Assembly: GCA_002269645.1 (NCBI GenBank)
Contig: NIVC01001334.1
Location: 124,001-188,000, forward strand
Direction: 5' to 3'
Length of the DNA: 64,000 nucleotides
Source: Macrostomum lignano
Taxonomy: Eukaryota
Part shown: one piece after another, positions 16,527 through 28,929 of the stretch
Layout of the letters: each line of letters starts with the position of its first letter
Numbering within the stretch: the stretch's first letter is position 1
Notes under the pieces: generated by a model
Told to the model about the DNA's origin: nothing
The model's input: only the letters and a program-made list of their open reading frames with translations
Databases searched by the model: none
Position numbers and translations under genes: made by a program

Positions 16527-17079
16527 CCCGGATCCAGGTGTGCTGTGGGTCGATTGACCGGAACCATCTCGGATCCAGGTGTGCTGTGGGTCGATTGACC
16601 GGAACCATCTCGGATCCAGGTGTGCTGTGGGTCGATTGACTCGAACCATCTCGGATCCAGGTGTGCTGTGGGTCGATTGACCGGAACCATCTCGGATCCA
16701 GGTGTGCTGTGGGTCGATTGACCGGAACCATCTCGGATCCAGGTGTGCTGTGGGTCGATTGACTCGAACCATCTCGGATCCAGGTGTGCTGTGGGTCGAT
16801 TGACCGGAACCATCTCGGATCCAGGTGTGCTGTGGGTCGATTGACCGGAACCATCTCGGATCCAGGTGTGCTGTGGGTCGATTGACTCGAACCATCTCAG
16901 ATCCAGGTGTGCTGTGGGTCGATTGACCGGAACCATCTCGGATCCAGGTGTGCTGTGGGTCGATTGACTCGAACCATCTCGGATCCAGGTGTGCTGTGGG
17001 TCGATTGATCGGAACCATCTCGGATCCTGGTGTGCTGTGGGTCGATTGACCGGAACCAACCCGGATCCAGGTGAAGTCT
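16527..17079. repeat. 41-bp minisatellite, left half (GGATCCAGGTGTGCTGTGGGTCGATTGACCGGAACCATCTC), about 13 copies
   Basis: Period 41 measured (16530, 16571, 16612). Confidence 0.97.
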
Positions 17080-18231
17080 TGACTTACTTGACTCAGCTAC
17101 AGGGGGCTCCGTGCATCCGGATGCAGCGAGGAGGCGTTGCCACCCATTTTGCTAACCCCTGGCGACCACGGGCAGCTGGTGATCCGGTGGTGCCGGTGTC
17201 CGCAGCGCGGTTCCTTTCCAGGAGGTGGATTGTCGCTTGCTCGGTAGCCCTCAGGTAGCGGACGAGCTGGCAGAGATTCTCAGGCCTAAAAACGTCGGAG
17301 AGGTCTGGGTTTGGGCCGAGGAGGGCCATTGTCACCGCCCTGATGTCCCTGCGGTTGAGACCAAGCAGGGCCCTGCGCAGGGCGGAGGAAGGACAGGGGA
17401 CAGCCACGCGAGATTGCCGGCAGTCTGGGGTGTTAGCCCACCTCTCCGTGTGCCTTGAAGCCACCCACTGGTTGATTCGAGTAGTGACAACGGCGGTGGG
17501 GGCCACGGGCAGGGGACCAGTAAAAGAACCGGTCGAGGCAGCCTTTGCCAGGCGATCGGCCAGCTCGTTGCCGGGGTGGCCCGAGTGCCCGGGGATCCAC
17601 CTTAGGGACACCTTGTTAGAGGCGCCTAAGCGGTGAGCTGCCCGATGCACTCGAGGACTGTATAGTACGCGAGCAGGTTGTGGTGCGCTCAAAGGCGTGG
17701 ATCGCCGTTTGACTGTCCGAGTGGAGGGTAATCTCCTTCCCCCAAACGCGCTGATTGTACAGCTCCATGGCACAGGAGCTGATGGGGAGAACTTCGTTCT
17801 GGAAATCGGTGGAGCAGGTGCCGGTGTGCTGGGAGAAGGTCGCCACGGTTCTCCCTCCAGACACGATGCAGTAGCCGTAGCCAGAGGCGGAGTTGATTTG
17901 GGACCCGTCAGTGAAGCAGTGGATTTCACGGGGTTTCCAGTTGTCCCTTGCTTCATGACGTGGTGGAATGCTGGTTTTGAATTTGAGCGGAGGGCAGAGC
18001 GTGGACGGGACGGCTTGGAGGAGGTCTCTGAGGACCGCGGGTGATGGTCCAGCCACAGTGGTGGTAACATCGTCCGCATAGCCGAACTTTTGAACCGGGT
18101 CCGGATGCGGGCTGCAGAGTAGCTTGTCCACGTAAAAGTTCCAGAGAATCGGGCTAAGGACTCCACGTTGCCTTTCTGGACCTTCACAGAGCGGGAGTGT
18201 CCCAGGATGAGCGAGATGGCAGTCCGATGGA
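17080..18231 (-). mobile_element. 5'-truncated, internally deleted non-LTR retrotransposon (RT + RNase H; I/Loa-like)
   Basis: RT motifs GVLSPILWN and YADDV; RNase H motifs [41 protein letters not shown]; frameshifted; short GTCAAGTAAGTCAAG-like 3' tail. Confidence 0.92.
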
Positions 18232-18430
18232 ATCCAGGTGAGGTCTGGGTCGATTGACCGGAACCAACCCGGATCCACGTGGTCTGGGTTGATTGACCGG
18301 AACCAACTCGGATCCAGTTGAGGTCTGGGTTGATTGACCGGAACCAACCCGGATCCAGGTGAGGTCTGGGTCGATTGACCGGAAAAAACCCAGATCCAGG
18401 TGTGGTCTGGGTCGACCGGAACCAACTCGG
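18232..18430. repeat. 41-bp minisatellite, right half (ATCCAGGTGAGGTCTGGGTCGATTGACCGGAACCAACCCGG)
   Basis: Same family as 16527-17079 with different diagnostic positions; about 5 units. Confidence 0.93.
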
Positions 18431-19029
18431 ATCATCTTCCCCGGATCTTTCGCCGGGAAAAAGTCAAAAGTGCCATGACCCAGAGCTGCACCTGCTGGAA
18501 ATTCCCAAACCTCGGACCCGACTCCCTGACATCCAGACAAAACACCTGGGTCAAATTATTCAGCGGTTGTGCAACCGGTGACCTATTATTTTAATCGATT
18601 CGTGCACCAGTCGTCTGACTTGATGGCCGAACCGATTGCTGTGCGCCTTAAAATTTGCAAAAATCTGGAGATAATGGAATCCCTCATCATACAGATCTAA
18701 GCAGCACATTCTCACTTTGGTCAAAGCGTAAGCAAAACAGAAATCCACATCAAAGCAACAATATATTTATCTATACCAATCTGATCGCATCCATTCAATT
18801 CAATGCGCAACAAACAGTGCATGGGGTGAATCGCATGAGCCAGAGCTTAGAGCTAAAAATGACCGAAACTCAACAGATACTTACTTGCACACTATCCTGC
18901 GCGACTATGGAAAACATAATAGAAAGGATAAAATGAAATAAAACTTATGGAGCTTGGAATGATAATTAAAGGAGAGGGGAATTACAAATTGAGAAAGTCA
19001 TTTATGAATAAACGCAGAAACATTGACAC

Positions 19030-19315
19030 AATTGGGAAGAGTGACACACAGGTGGGAAGAGTGACACACAGGTGGGAAGAGTGACACAGGTGGGAACAGT
19101 GACACACAGGTGGGAAGAGTGACACACAGGTGGAAGGAGTGACACACAGGTGGGAGGAGTGACACACAGGTGAGAAGAGTGACACACAGGTAGGAGTGAC
19201 ACACAGGTGGGAACAGTGACACACAGGTGGGAACAGTGACACACAGGTGGGAGGAGTGACACACAGGTGAGAAGAGTGACACACAGGTAGGAGTGACACA
19301 CAGGTGGGAACAGTG
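19030..19315. repeat. 20-bp minisatellite (GGTGGGAAGAGTGACACACA), about 14 copies
   Basis: Direct tandem units. Confidence 0.95.
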
Positions 19316-19438
19316 GTTTGAAAATAGCTCGTAGTTACAAATTTCACGCTTTCTATTGCAAGTCTGCAAGCAAGCAGTCTAAAAAAGCAGTTAAACAGTC
19401 AAAAGTAACGCAAAAATTCTTGAGCCCTACGGCTTCAA

Positions 19439-22400
19439 TCAGCGCTGGTCCGTCGCCGAAGCAGCAGCGGTAGCAGCCGAATCGGTCGCAGACAGAAGCG
19501 GTGCCCGCGAGCACGAAAGCAGCGGGCAGGTCGGCGCCAGAGCGGTGCGCAGGAACTGCAGCAGCTCGCGCTCTTCAGGACTGCCCAGAGACCACAGGCT
19601 GTGCAGCAGCACCGGCCCGTTGCCCGTCTGCCGGAGCATCTGGGCCAGCCTGCGGGTGGGGGCGGCGGGTGGACATTCGACAGGCGATCGAGGACTGCGA
19701 GACCTCCCAGATCCTGTTGCTGAGCCAGCCTCCCAGATCTTCAGTTGCTGGGCCAGCCTCCCAGATCTTCAGTTGCTGGGCCAGCCTCCCAGATCCTAAG
19801 TTGCAGTGCCAGCCTCCCAGAGTGTCAGTTTCTGGGCCAGCCTCCCAGATCCCCAGTTGCTGGGCCAGCCTCCCAGATCCCCAGTTGCTGGGCCAGCCTC
19901 CCAGATCCCCAGTTGCTGGGCCAGCCTCCCAGATCCCCAGTTGCTGGGCCAGCCTCCCAGATCCTCAGTTGCTGGGCCAGCCTCCCAGATCCCCAGCCGC
20001 TCACCGGTACAGCGCATAATAGTCGCAGACGGCATCCGCTAGCAGCCGCTTGGTCGCATTGACATCGCGGCTCGCCCGCAGGCGCAGGTCGAGAATTCGC
20101 TGCCGCAGCCTAACCGGGTTCTCGTCGTCAACAGAGTCGAGCAGAGCGGCTGACCAGGTCTTGGCAAATTCGGTGCAGTCTGGGGGAATTTATAAAGCAG
20201 TTCAAGACGACCTGTTAGCTACCTGGCTACTTGACAAATTCGTATAGAACTTAAACATAACTCAAAACTTTATTGAACTGATTGGATGCCAGATCAATGA
20301 TCAATCATGATTGGATACCAGAGCAATGATCAATCATGATTGGATACCAGAGCAATGATCAATCATGATTGGATGCCAGAGCAATGATCAATCATGATTG
20401 GATGCCAGAGCAATGATCAATCATGATTGGATACCAGAGCAATGATCAATCATGATTGGATACCAGAGCAATGATCAATCATGATTGGATGCCAGAGCAA
20501 TGATCAATCATGATTGGATGCCAGAGCAATGATCAATCATGATTGGATACCAGAGCAATGATCAATCATGATTGGATACCAGAGCAATGATCAATCATGA
20601 TTGGATGCCAGAGCAATGATCAATCATGATTGGATACCAGAGCAATGATCAATCATGATTGGATGCCAGAGCAATGATCAATCATGATTGGATGCCAGAG
20701 CAATGATCAATCATGATTGGATACCAGAGCAATGATCAATCATGATTGGATACCAGAGCAATGATCAATCATGATTGGATACCAGAGCAATGATCAATCA
20801 TGATTGGATACCAGAGCAATGATCAATCATGATTGGATACCAGAGCAATGATCAATCATGATTGGATGCCAGAGCAATGATCAATCATGATTGGATACCA
20901 GAGCAATGATCAATCATGATTGGATGCCAGAGCAATGATCAATCATGATTGGATACCAGAGCAATGATCAATCATGATTGGATACCAGAGCAATGATCAA
21001 TCATGATTGGATACCAGAGCAATGATCAATCATGATTGGATACCAGAGCAATGATCAATCATGATTGGATACCAGAGCAATGATCAATCATGATTGGATA
21101 CCAGAGCAATGATCAATCATGATTGGATGCCAGAGCAATGATCAATCATGATTGGATACCAGAGCAATGATCAATCATGATTGGATGCCAGAGCAATGAT
21201 CAATCATGATTGGATGCCAGAGCAATGATCAATCATGATTGGATACCAGAGCAATGATCAATCATGATTGGATACCAGAGCAATGATCAATCATGATTGG
21301 ATACCAGAGCAATGATCAATCATGATTGGATACCAGAGCAATGATCAATCATGATTGGATGCCAGAGCAATGATCAATCATGATTGGATGCCAGAGCAAT
21401 GACCAACCCTGATTTGACGCCAGACTCACGCGCAAAATCCAGCGACACGGAGCGGCCGTTGATGCGCAAGACGGCCGACTGTGGGAAAAATTCTTCCCAA
21501 GCAGCTTCAGTCGCATCGGCGCCACCGGCCGAGGCGGCAACGGCGCTGGGCGCGTTGTCCATCAGGCGGCACTGGCCGATGAACCGCTCCACTTCTCGAC
21601 GCCTAGCGAAATCGTCCTCGGTCGCGCATTCCACAGTCAGGCGGCAGCCGACGGACACCAGGGTGACCAGCTGGGGCAGCACCCCGCGCAGCAACTTTAC
21701 CGTGCGCTGCAGAGACGCCACCGTGGCCTCCTCCCAGACGGCGAAAGCCGCCGATGCTGCCGCCGCGGGGTCGGCAGCGCCGGCAACAAAGACGGGCACC
21801 TGCTCGCGCACATAGTCCAGCAGCTGGTCGTGGAAGCTGAGTTTGTGGAGACGAAAAGAAGCAATGAATTTAGTATGGCTGGGTCAGTGGGTCAAAGGTT
21901 GAACAAGAGTGCCTCTGATAGGTTAGGAACTAGTAAGTCAGGGACTGGTGGGTCAGGACCTATACAACTGGTGGGTCAGGACCTATACAACTGGTGGGTC
22001 AGGACCTATACAACTGGTGGGTCAGGACCTGTACAACTGGTGGGTCAGGACCTGTACAACTGGTGGGTCAGGACCTATACAACTGGTGGGTCAGGACCTA
22101 TACAACTGGTGGGTCAGGACCTATACAACTGGTGGGTCAGGACCTATACAACTGGTGGGTCAGGACCTGTACAACTGGTGGGTCAAGACCTGTACAACTG
22201 GTGGGTCAGGGCCTGTACAACTGGTGGGTCAAGACCTGTACAACTGGTGGGTCAGGACCTATACAACTGGTGGGTCAGGACCTATACAACTGGTGGGTCA
22301 GGACCTGTACAACTGGTGGGTCAGGACCTGTACAACTGGTGGGTCAGGACCTATACAACTGGTGGGTCAGGACCTATACAACTGGTGGGTCAGGACCTGT

Positions 22401-22815
22401 ACAACTGGTGGGTCAGGACCTGTACAACTGGTGGGTCAGGGCCTGCACAACTGGTGGGTCAGGGACTTTAATAATAGCAGTCCAGTCCTCACGCGTCAAG
22501 CTTTTGCAGGCTGGAGTCCAGCAGGCAAACCAGATAGTCGCTGTCGAAGCAGAAGAATACGGCAAGCTTCTGGCCGCTGCCATCGGGATCCGACCTGGGG
22601 CGAATAAATTAATACACAGTTTTATTGTACTGAGCTCAGCTCAAACTAATCAAAAAGACTCAAGCGCTCACCAGTCAAGCATGTCTGTTGTGCCAGCCAG
22701 AGCCTGCGGGCCTGAGCTGCCCAGTTTGCGACGCACCTGATTGGCCAGGCGCTCAACCAATGGCGCATCGACTGATGTAGCGAGGCAGTGCAGCTGCGCC
22801 ACGCCTCCATCTGGC
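19439..22815 (-). CDS. C17orf75: Njmu-R1 (C17orf75) homolog; 5' exon(s) uncertain
   Basis: Phase-consistent exons 22815-22672, 22594-22493, 21836-21430, 20179-20005, 19649-19439. DYLVCLLDSSLQKLDAFHDQLLDYV, WEEATVASLQRTVKLL, RREVERFI, FAKTWSAALL..ENPVRLRQ, DVNATKRLLADAVCDYYALYR and MLRQTGNGPVLL parallel my recollection of human Njmu-R1 (EYVVCFLGGSEKGLELFRLELDKYI, NPFLFRQ, DTNNLKRFIRQAEMNHYALFK, FLKNCGSGDILL). Confidence 0.88.
19703..19995. repeat. 28-bp minisatellite (GGGCCAGCCTCCCAGATCCCCAGTTGCT), about 10 copies, last intron of Njmu-R1
   Basis: Same unit and same orientation as 3930-4230. Confidence 0.96.
20290..21401. repeat. 29-bp minisatellite (ATGATCAATCATGATTGGATACCAGAGCA), about 38 copies, intronic
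   Basis: Near-perfect units with essentially one polymorphic site (GATACC/GATGCC). Confidence 0.98.
21945..22463. repeat. 23-bp minisatellite (GGTGGGTCAGGACCTATACAACT), about 22 copies, intronic
   Basis: Direct tandem units; three-frame cyclic ORFs. Confidence 0.98.
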
Positions 22816-22859
22816 CTGTTAAAAAAGTGTTTTTAGAGTGATAAATCAACATAAAGAGA

Positions 22860-25050
22860 TTTTTGGTTGCCTAGAAGACCGACATTAGGAAAATAAGAAA
22901 TCAACAAAAATGTATACTAGACTAGAAGACCCTTTTTCAATTTTAACACATTTTCCAAATTTAGTTCAAAAGCTTAGTCCCGTTTAAAATCATTATGTAA
23001 ATCTGCCTTTTTTGAAAATATTTTAAAAGAACAAGTCATGAAATAAGAATAAGGTTACTAGAATGAGTTAGGAATTGATGTTTAAAATTACCTTAAAAAT
23101 GGCAAAGTCACTGATTGATCAAGCCATTCATTACCTTGATTATCATTAAAAAAAATTTTCTCACTAGCATATGCAATTCAAAAAATATCTTAGGCTGCAT
23201 ATTGTTACTTGTTTGAATGCCCTATACAGCATAAAAAATTAACTTGAACTTGTTGAACATAGCTTCTAAGATGGTAGGGCATCCCAACCTAAACTTAGTA
23301 ATACCCTTAATTGAAATTGTCTGTGTTGAATTATGTCCCTAAGAGCCAAAATGCAAGTTTAATAAAGTTTTTGGCTCATACCATGACTTTTAATCTTGGT
23401 AACTTCTTTTTTTCATTTTTGAGTTGTCATATAATGTTTGTAACTGCTTAGGTTTGTCACCTATTATCTTAATAGCATTTCTTTTATATGACAAGAAGCT
23501 TCAAGAGTGCCATATCAGTATCTATTCTGTCAGTTGCATGCATTCAAGGATATTCAATTCTGAATTCAAAAGCAATATTTGATTAGATTTGGACTATTAA
23601 AAACCAGAAAGTAGATTAAAGAGCTTTGGTGAAGTGCCAAACTTTGAAGCTGGGCATTGCATAGAAAGAAGAACATTAAGGATTCTCTCATTTCCTATCT
23701 TCAAGCATACTTCAAGGTGTCATACTAGCACCTTTTCTATTCATATTAGTACTAGAGTGGGTGCTAAAGACTGGCTTACCTGAACTATATACTAGTAATG
23801 ACTTCTTACTTAAGGTACTATCCAAGCCAGTAGCATCTGGAGAAGCATCTCTGTGTGCTCAGCTATATAGACACGCTTATATTGCTATCTTCAAGTTGAA
23901 GGTGCTCAATGACTACTAGATAGCTTGACTAAAGTGGTAACAAGGGTCAGTTTCATACTAATTGCACAAAAGATTAGAGTCTATTGTGCTAATGGACCTA
24001 ACTGCTTTGGACATGACCCAACTTCCATGCTGCCAACATTTTATATACTTTGGTAGACTTGCTAGATATTGCTAATGACATAAAAAAGATGTAAGGTAGC
24101 TTGTGCTAACTTATACTCAGCTTTGTATTATGAAAATGTTGCCTTGAAAAGGGTCGTTTATTAGCTAACAAGTTTTGATCAACTGTATAATTTTCTAACT
24201 ACTTTTTAGGAAGAATAATACTATATTTATAATTAAATAAATACATATAAAATAATTCTATAACTAAAAGGTTGTTGGTAATAATTTGTTTTGCTTTCAT
24301 GTTATAGGAAAGTTTTTGTTTAAAAAACATACAAGCATATAAAAAAGCATTTCTTTAAAAAATTAAAATAAGTTTTTTTATTGTCACAATTGTAAAAAGG
24401 TTCTTTCTTTTTGCAATAGCAAAAAAGGTACTTTATTGTACATAACATAAAAATTCTTTAAATTTTGGAAGTTTTTAATAATTATATAGGCCTAATAACC
24501 GTATATTAATTATTAATTTTATTACAAATAAAAAAGAATACTCAATGTTTAAATTCATTTCAATTTGGATAAGAACACAGCCATTGCAAGTGATTGATTC
24601 CAGGAGTAACATGTAACAATGAACTCATAACCACAGCTTTTTTAAAGTTTTAAATTTTTTAAATTCTTAGTTTTTGAGATATGAAAACATTAAGACCAAG
24701 TGTCACACTATGCAAGTAAAAATATGAGGAAAATTTTTGTGGCAAACATGGTCTACTTTCCTGAATATCAAATATACAAAAGCCTAAGGCGAAAAAATAA
24801 GCCTATTTAACACAATAAGATAAATATATTTTTACATAATTACGATAGATGTTTTTTATAAATGAGATCCTAAAGCCAAGTGTTTATGCAGACATACAGT
24901 ATAACTAATTAAAAACATTTGCAATTACATCTAGATAAAATCAAATAAAGATTGTTAAAAAAGTATTTACAGATATGATTAGGCCTAGGCCCTAGCCCCT
25001 ATGTCATGAAATTAATACTAGGCCTAGTACAACTGAATAATCAGCCAATA
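22860..25050. other. AT-rich, strongly CpG-depleted block; probable decayed DNA-transposon relic
   Basis: I counted 7 CG dinucleotides in about 2.2 kb. No long ORF; only weak and mutually inconsistent transposase-like hints. Confidence 0.45.
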
Positions 25051-25612
25051 ACTCACAACTGAACTATCACTTTGCCTTCCAGCTGACTTCCACTCGAAGA
25101 GTCTCCGTCACAATTAGATTCTCTATTTGTTTCAGCTTCTAAAGTTGAATCATTCACAATGCTTGTAGCTGCACTAGGTCGGGAAACAGTATCATCGATA
25201 TCCGTCTCTGTGGGATGTACTACCTGACAACCAAATATGGCAAACATGTTTTCAAAAGTTAGAAGTTTGGGAAGCTATTAAACAATTACGTCACAATGAT
25301 TCACTTAAGAAATATACTAAGTCACTATCGAACCATTCATAATCGATCCATTCGCACATCTACGATCTACGAACTCACTGCTCAGAAGTCAGATTTCTAT
25401 TCCAAAACGTACTTCGCCGAATATCTTAGAAAGTTTACTTTTTTAAATTGCACAGATATTTAAAGACCCAAATAAACAAAAGTTTCTCTTCTTTGTTAAG
25501 CTGTTATCAAAAACTCAAAATAAAACACAAAAATTCTGCCTTTCGTAGTTTTAAGATAAGATAGTAATGCCTTTAGACATCCAAAGCATATATACTGTTC
25601 AAGGACGACTTC

Positions 25613-25997
25613 GAGCCTCTTCACGGCAATCGGTTCTAGAACCAGAATAAACTCGAGTTCTAGAACCAGAACCAGTGTGAAATGAAGAGCTTCGAACCCA
25701 TTTTATGTTTGACAGTCTTTACAATTTAATTTTGTCGTTCTTTGACTTTGTTTCCTCTTGGATATGACAAAAACGGAATAATTATATAACAACAATAAAA
25801 AAATTGACGATTTCAAATATATTTTACTGTTAAAGTGTAAACATGATAACGGTTCGAGAAAATTTCTCAAACTATATTCTAGAACCAGAATCATGTTCCG
25901 GAACTGATTCTGTTTTTCGAACCATCGATATGAAGATAGAGCGTCGAACCGGTTCGGAACCGGTTCCGTTTTTCGAACCCGCGATATGAAGAGGCTC
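25613..25997. mobile_element. MITE-like element with 11-bp TIRs
   Basis: GAGCCTCTTCA ... TGAAGAGGCTC; interior rich in TTCTAGAA, TTCCGGAA and TTCGAA palindromes; no TSD seen. Confidence 0.6.
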
Positions 25998-26884
25998 ATG
26001 GAGGAATTACACACATAGACGAATTGCATTCATTAAGAAGTTTAGCTTAGTGTCGGTGAATTTAATTATATTCATCTTTACATGTACATACAGTATACAG
26101 TACATTGTACAACAAGCTTAACGGATACCTTGTATACGATCCATAGTAAATGTTTCAGTTTAAAAGATGTAACCACATTGAGTCGCTAATGGACTGAAAC
26201 TTCAGAATAGCTTCCAGCAAAAATAAACTTTGTCGTAAACAGAACGGGTCGAAGGATCTGCAGAAGACGATAATTCGTAATTCAAGTGGTCCTAGCTAGA
26301 ATGCAGTCAGATGAAGCCATATCGGTATGAATAGTATAATGTGAGCCCGACGCCACAGCGCTGTGAGTATAATGATCGAAGACTTAGCTGTGAAACGCTA
26401 TAGTCACATAGTCAAATGCTATAGTCACACTTGCAGTGTAACCAAGATACTACTTAAGTGCATTGTAGTTGTTTTATTATACATTTAAGCGGTATAAAAA
26501 TCATTCTACTCTGACTAATACACCAGTCTGGCGTGTGCTAACATTCCCTGTATGCAGTGTACATACAGTGTCTGTACACACTGGTAGAGCAACTGTGACA
26601 ATACATTTTAGGCATTCATCTCTACTTTGAGTTTTTTTGACAAATTGTACCTGGGAAGAAATTTTCACAGCAGACAAATATTGCAGCTGAATTTTCTCTG
26701 GCGCAGCAGGCAAACGGATATAAATTTCGTGAAATCCTACCTTACATGTGCACATACGAGACCAACCGGGTTCTCTAAAGTTGGACGCATCTGTTTCAGT
26801 TTTGCCAAATCAACAAAGAATTGCATGTATCTCCGCGCTAATCGCGCTTACCAATTCTTGCTGGGAGCTTAGGCTGCTGTGAAA

Positions 26885-27575
26885 GGATGTCCCTCGCCTG
26901 GTTATGTACGATCATTTACCTGTTGTGAAAGGATGTCATTCACCTGGTTATATACGATCATTTACCTGTTGTGAAAGGATGTCATTCACCTGGTTATGTA
27001 CGATCATTTACCTGTTGTGAAAGGATGTCACTCACCTGGTTATGTACGATCATTTACTTGTTGTAAAAGGATGTCACTCACCTGGTTGTGAACGATCATT
27101 TACCTGTTGTGAAAGGATGTCATTCACCTGGTTATGTACGATCATTTACTTGTTGTGAAAGGATGTCATTCACCTGGTTATGTACGATCATTTACCTGTT
27201 GTGAAAGGATGTCACTCAACCTGGTTGTGTACGATCATTTAACTGTTGTGAAAGGATGTCACTCACCTGGTTGTGCACGATCATTTACCTGTTGTGAAAG
27301 GATGTCATTCACCTGGTTATGTACGATCATTTACCTGGTTATGTACGATCATTTACCTGGTTATGTACGATCATTTACCTGTTGTGAAAGGATGTCACTC
27401 ACCTGGTTGTGAACGATCATTTACCTGTTGTGAAAGGATGTCATTCACCTGGTTATGTACGATCATTTACCTGTTGTGAAAGGATGTCACTCACCTGGTT
27501 GTGTACGATCATTTACCTGTTGTGAAAGGATGTCACTCACCTGGTTGTGCACGATCATTTACCTGTTGTGAAAGG
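26885..27575. repeat. 46-bp minisatellite (TGTGAAAGGATGTCATTCACCTGGTTATGTACGATCATTTACCTGT), about 15 copies
   Basis: Period 46; two internally shortened units near 27320-27370. Confidence 0.97.
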
Positions 27576-28929
27576 AAGCCACTCACGTGTTCAAGTCTGT
27601 GCCGATCCAGATAGTGGCGCCAGAAATCAGGCCAAGTCCAGGGGGTTATCAGATGGGTGAATATTTCAAGCCCGATAATCCGTCATGACAGATCAAGGCC
27701 AGCAACACAGGCATAAAAAGTGCCAAACAATTATTGCGGTGCGACCCTCGTTGCCACCCCATCCTAAACGCGAAATCCTAAACGGGGCAACGCGAGAGCG
27801 CCCCTCTGAAATGATTTGTACGAAGCGGACAGGTCGCAATCAGTCAACAGCCGGATGGAACGTCGACCTGCCTCGCCACGGTGAAAACGAATCACCGTGG
27901 CTTCGTGAAAACGTTAGACTTTTGCGCGAAAATCTCTAGTTGGAAGTTAGCTAATTATTGTACAGGTTAACACTATACAGTACTGCTGCTAATTGAATAT
28001 ATGTAGAAACAGTTTACAGTGTCTTTCTTGTGAAACTTTGCGTTGTAGTGCGACTTGAATCATTTTATAGTATGCTGATATTTTCGTTAGACGTCTATAC
28101 CGTTCGGGCTCTCGATCTCTATTATACCCATCATCCCACTGCACTGCTACCTGTATTTATCTTTCCACGAGCGTTACATAGAGTCTTTCGTTGCTGCCGA
28201 CTTTTACCAGTTTAATATATTCATCGGCTAGTCTACTCCCCAAGCAAACGGGACCCCAGTAGTAAGAGTAAAATGTAAGTTTTGTGGAAAGCTTGCTTGC
28301 GAGCTGATTCGATCCTTGCCTAAAGAAGCAATGGAATGTGAGGTATCGAAGAATTTTGTGATAGAACTGGCTTTGGTCTCGGCTCGCACACAGTTGTAAA
28401 GGCACTAAATAGTTTAGAACAGGCATGCAGCCGCTGCTTTCTTCGTCTCTCTTTTCTGCTTCTAGGAGGATCATCGAGTGTGCAGGCTTTCAAATGAGGT
28501 AGCGCTAAATTTGGAAGGCCTCACTGGAAATCTCAATTGGCATTCCTTAAATTTTCTCGAATCGGCAGTAACTACAGCACAGCCCAGTGTGGCTGACACA
28601 GCTAAACGTATGTTGTAGCGACCCTGGCTTGCTAACGAACTGAAATGATTTAGCAGTTCTGCCTGTGCTGCCTCGGGGAGGAGGCGATGCTGAACAGCGT
28701 GCAGCTAGCAGTGGCCAGAACAAATTGGTAGAAACAAATGCAAGCTGCAGTATGTACCCCATGCTCTACTTCCTGTTTGCTGCAGACCATGGTAGAATTC
28801 CGTACCTGCTCTCGCTACCCCGTGTCTTTATGTGCTTTTTCAAAGGCAATTAAAGCCCATCTATTCATGACATGGGGGGTCAACCTCGGTATTGAATAAC
28901 ATAGTTTGCAAAAATCAGCGGCCACCAAT

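Noticed and set aside
23750-24760. Specific transposase assignment (hAT-like EWV..GLPEL..KVLSKPVAS on plus; piggyBac-like TVDQNLLANKR on minus; CK..EENFCGKH on plus)
   Set aside because: Hints are weak and conflict in strand and order; not supportable without a profile search.
16527-27575. CRISPR-like appearance of the 29-, 41- and 46-bp arrays
   Set aside because: Units are head to tail with no unique spacers, no cas genes, eukaryotic context.
28157-28474. ORF containing GSRLA, as in the human Njmu-R1 N-terminus
   Set aside because: Five-residue match with no start/acceptor or transcript evidence; chance not excluded.
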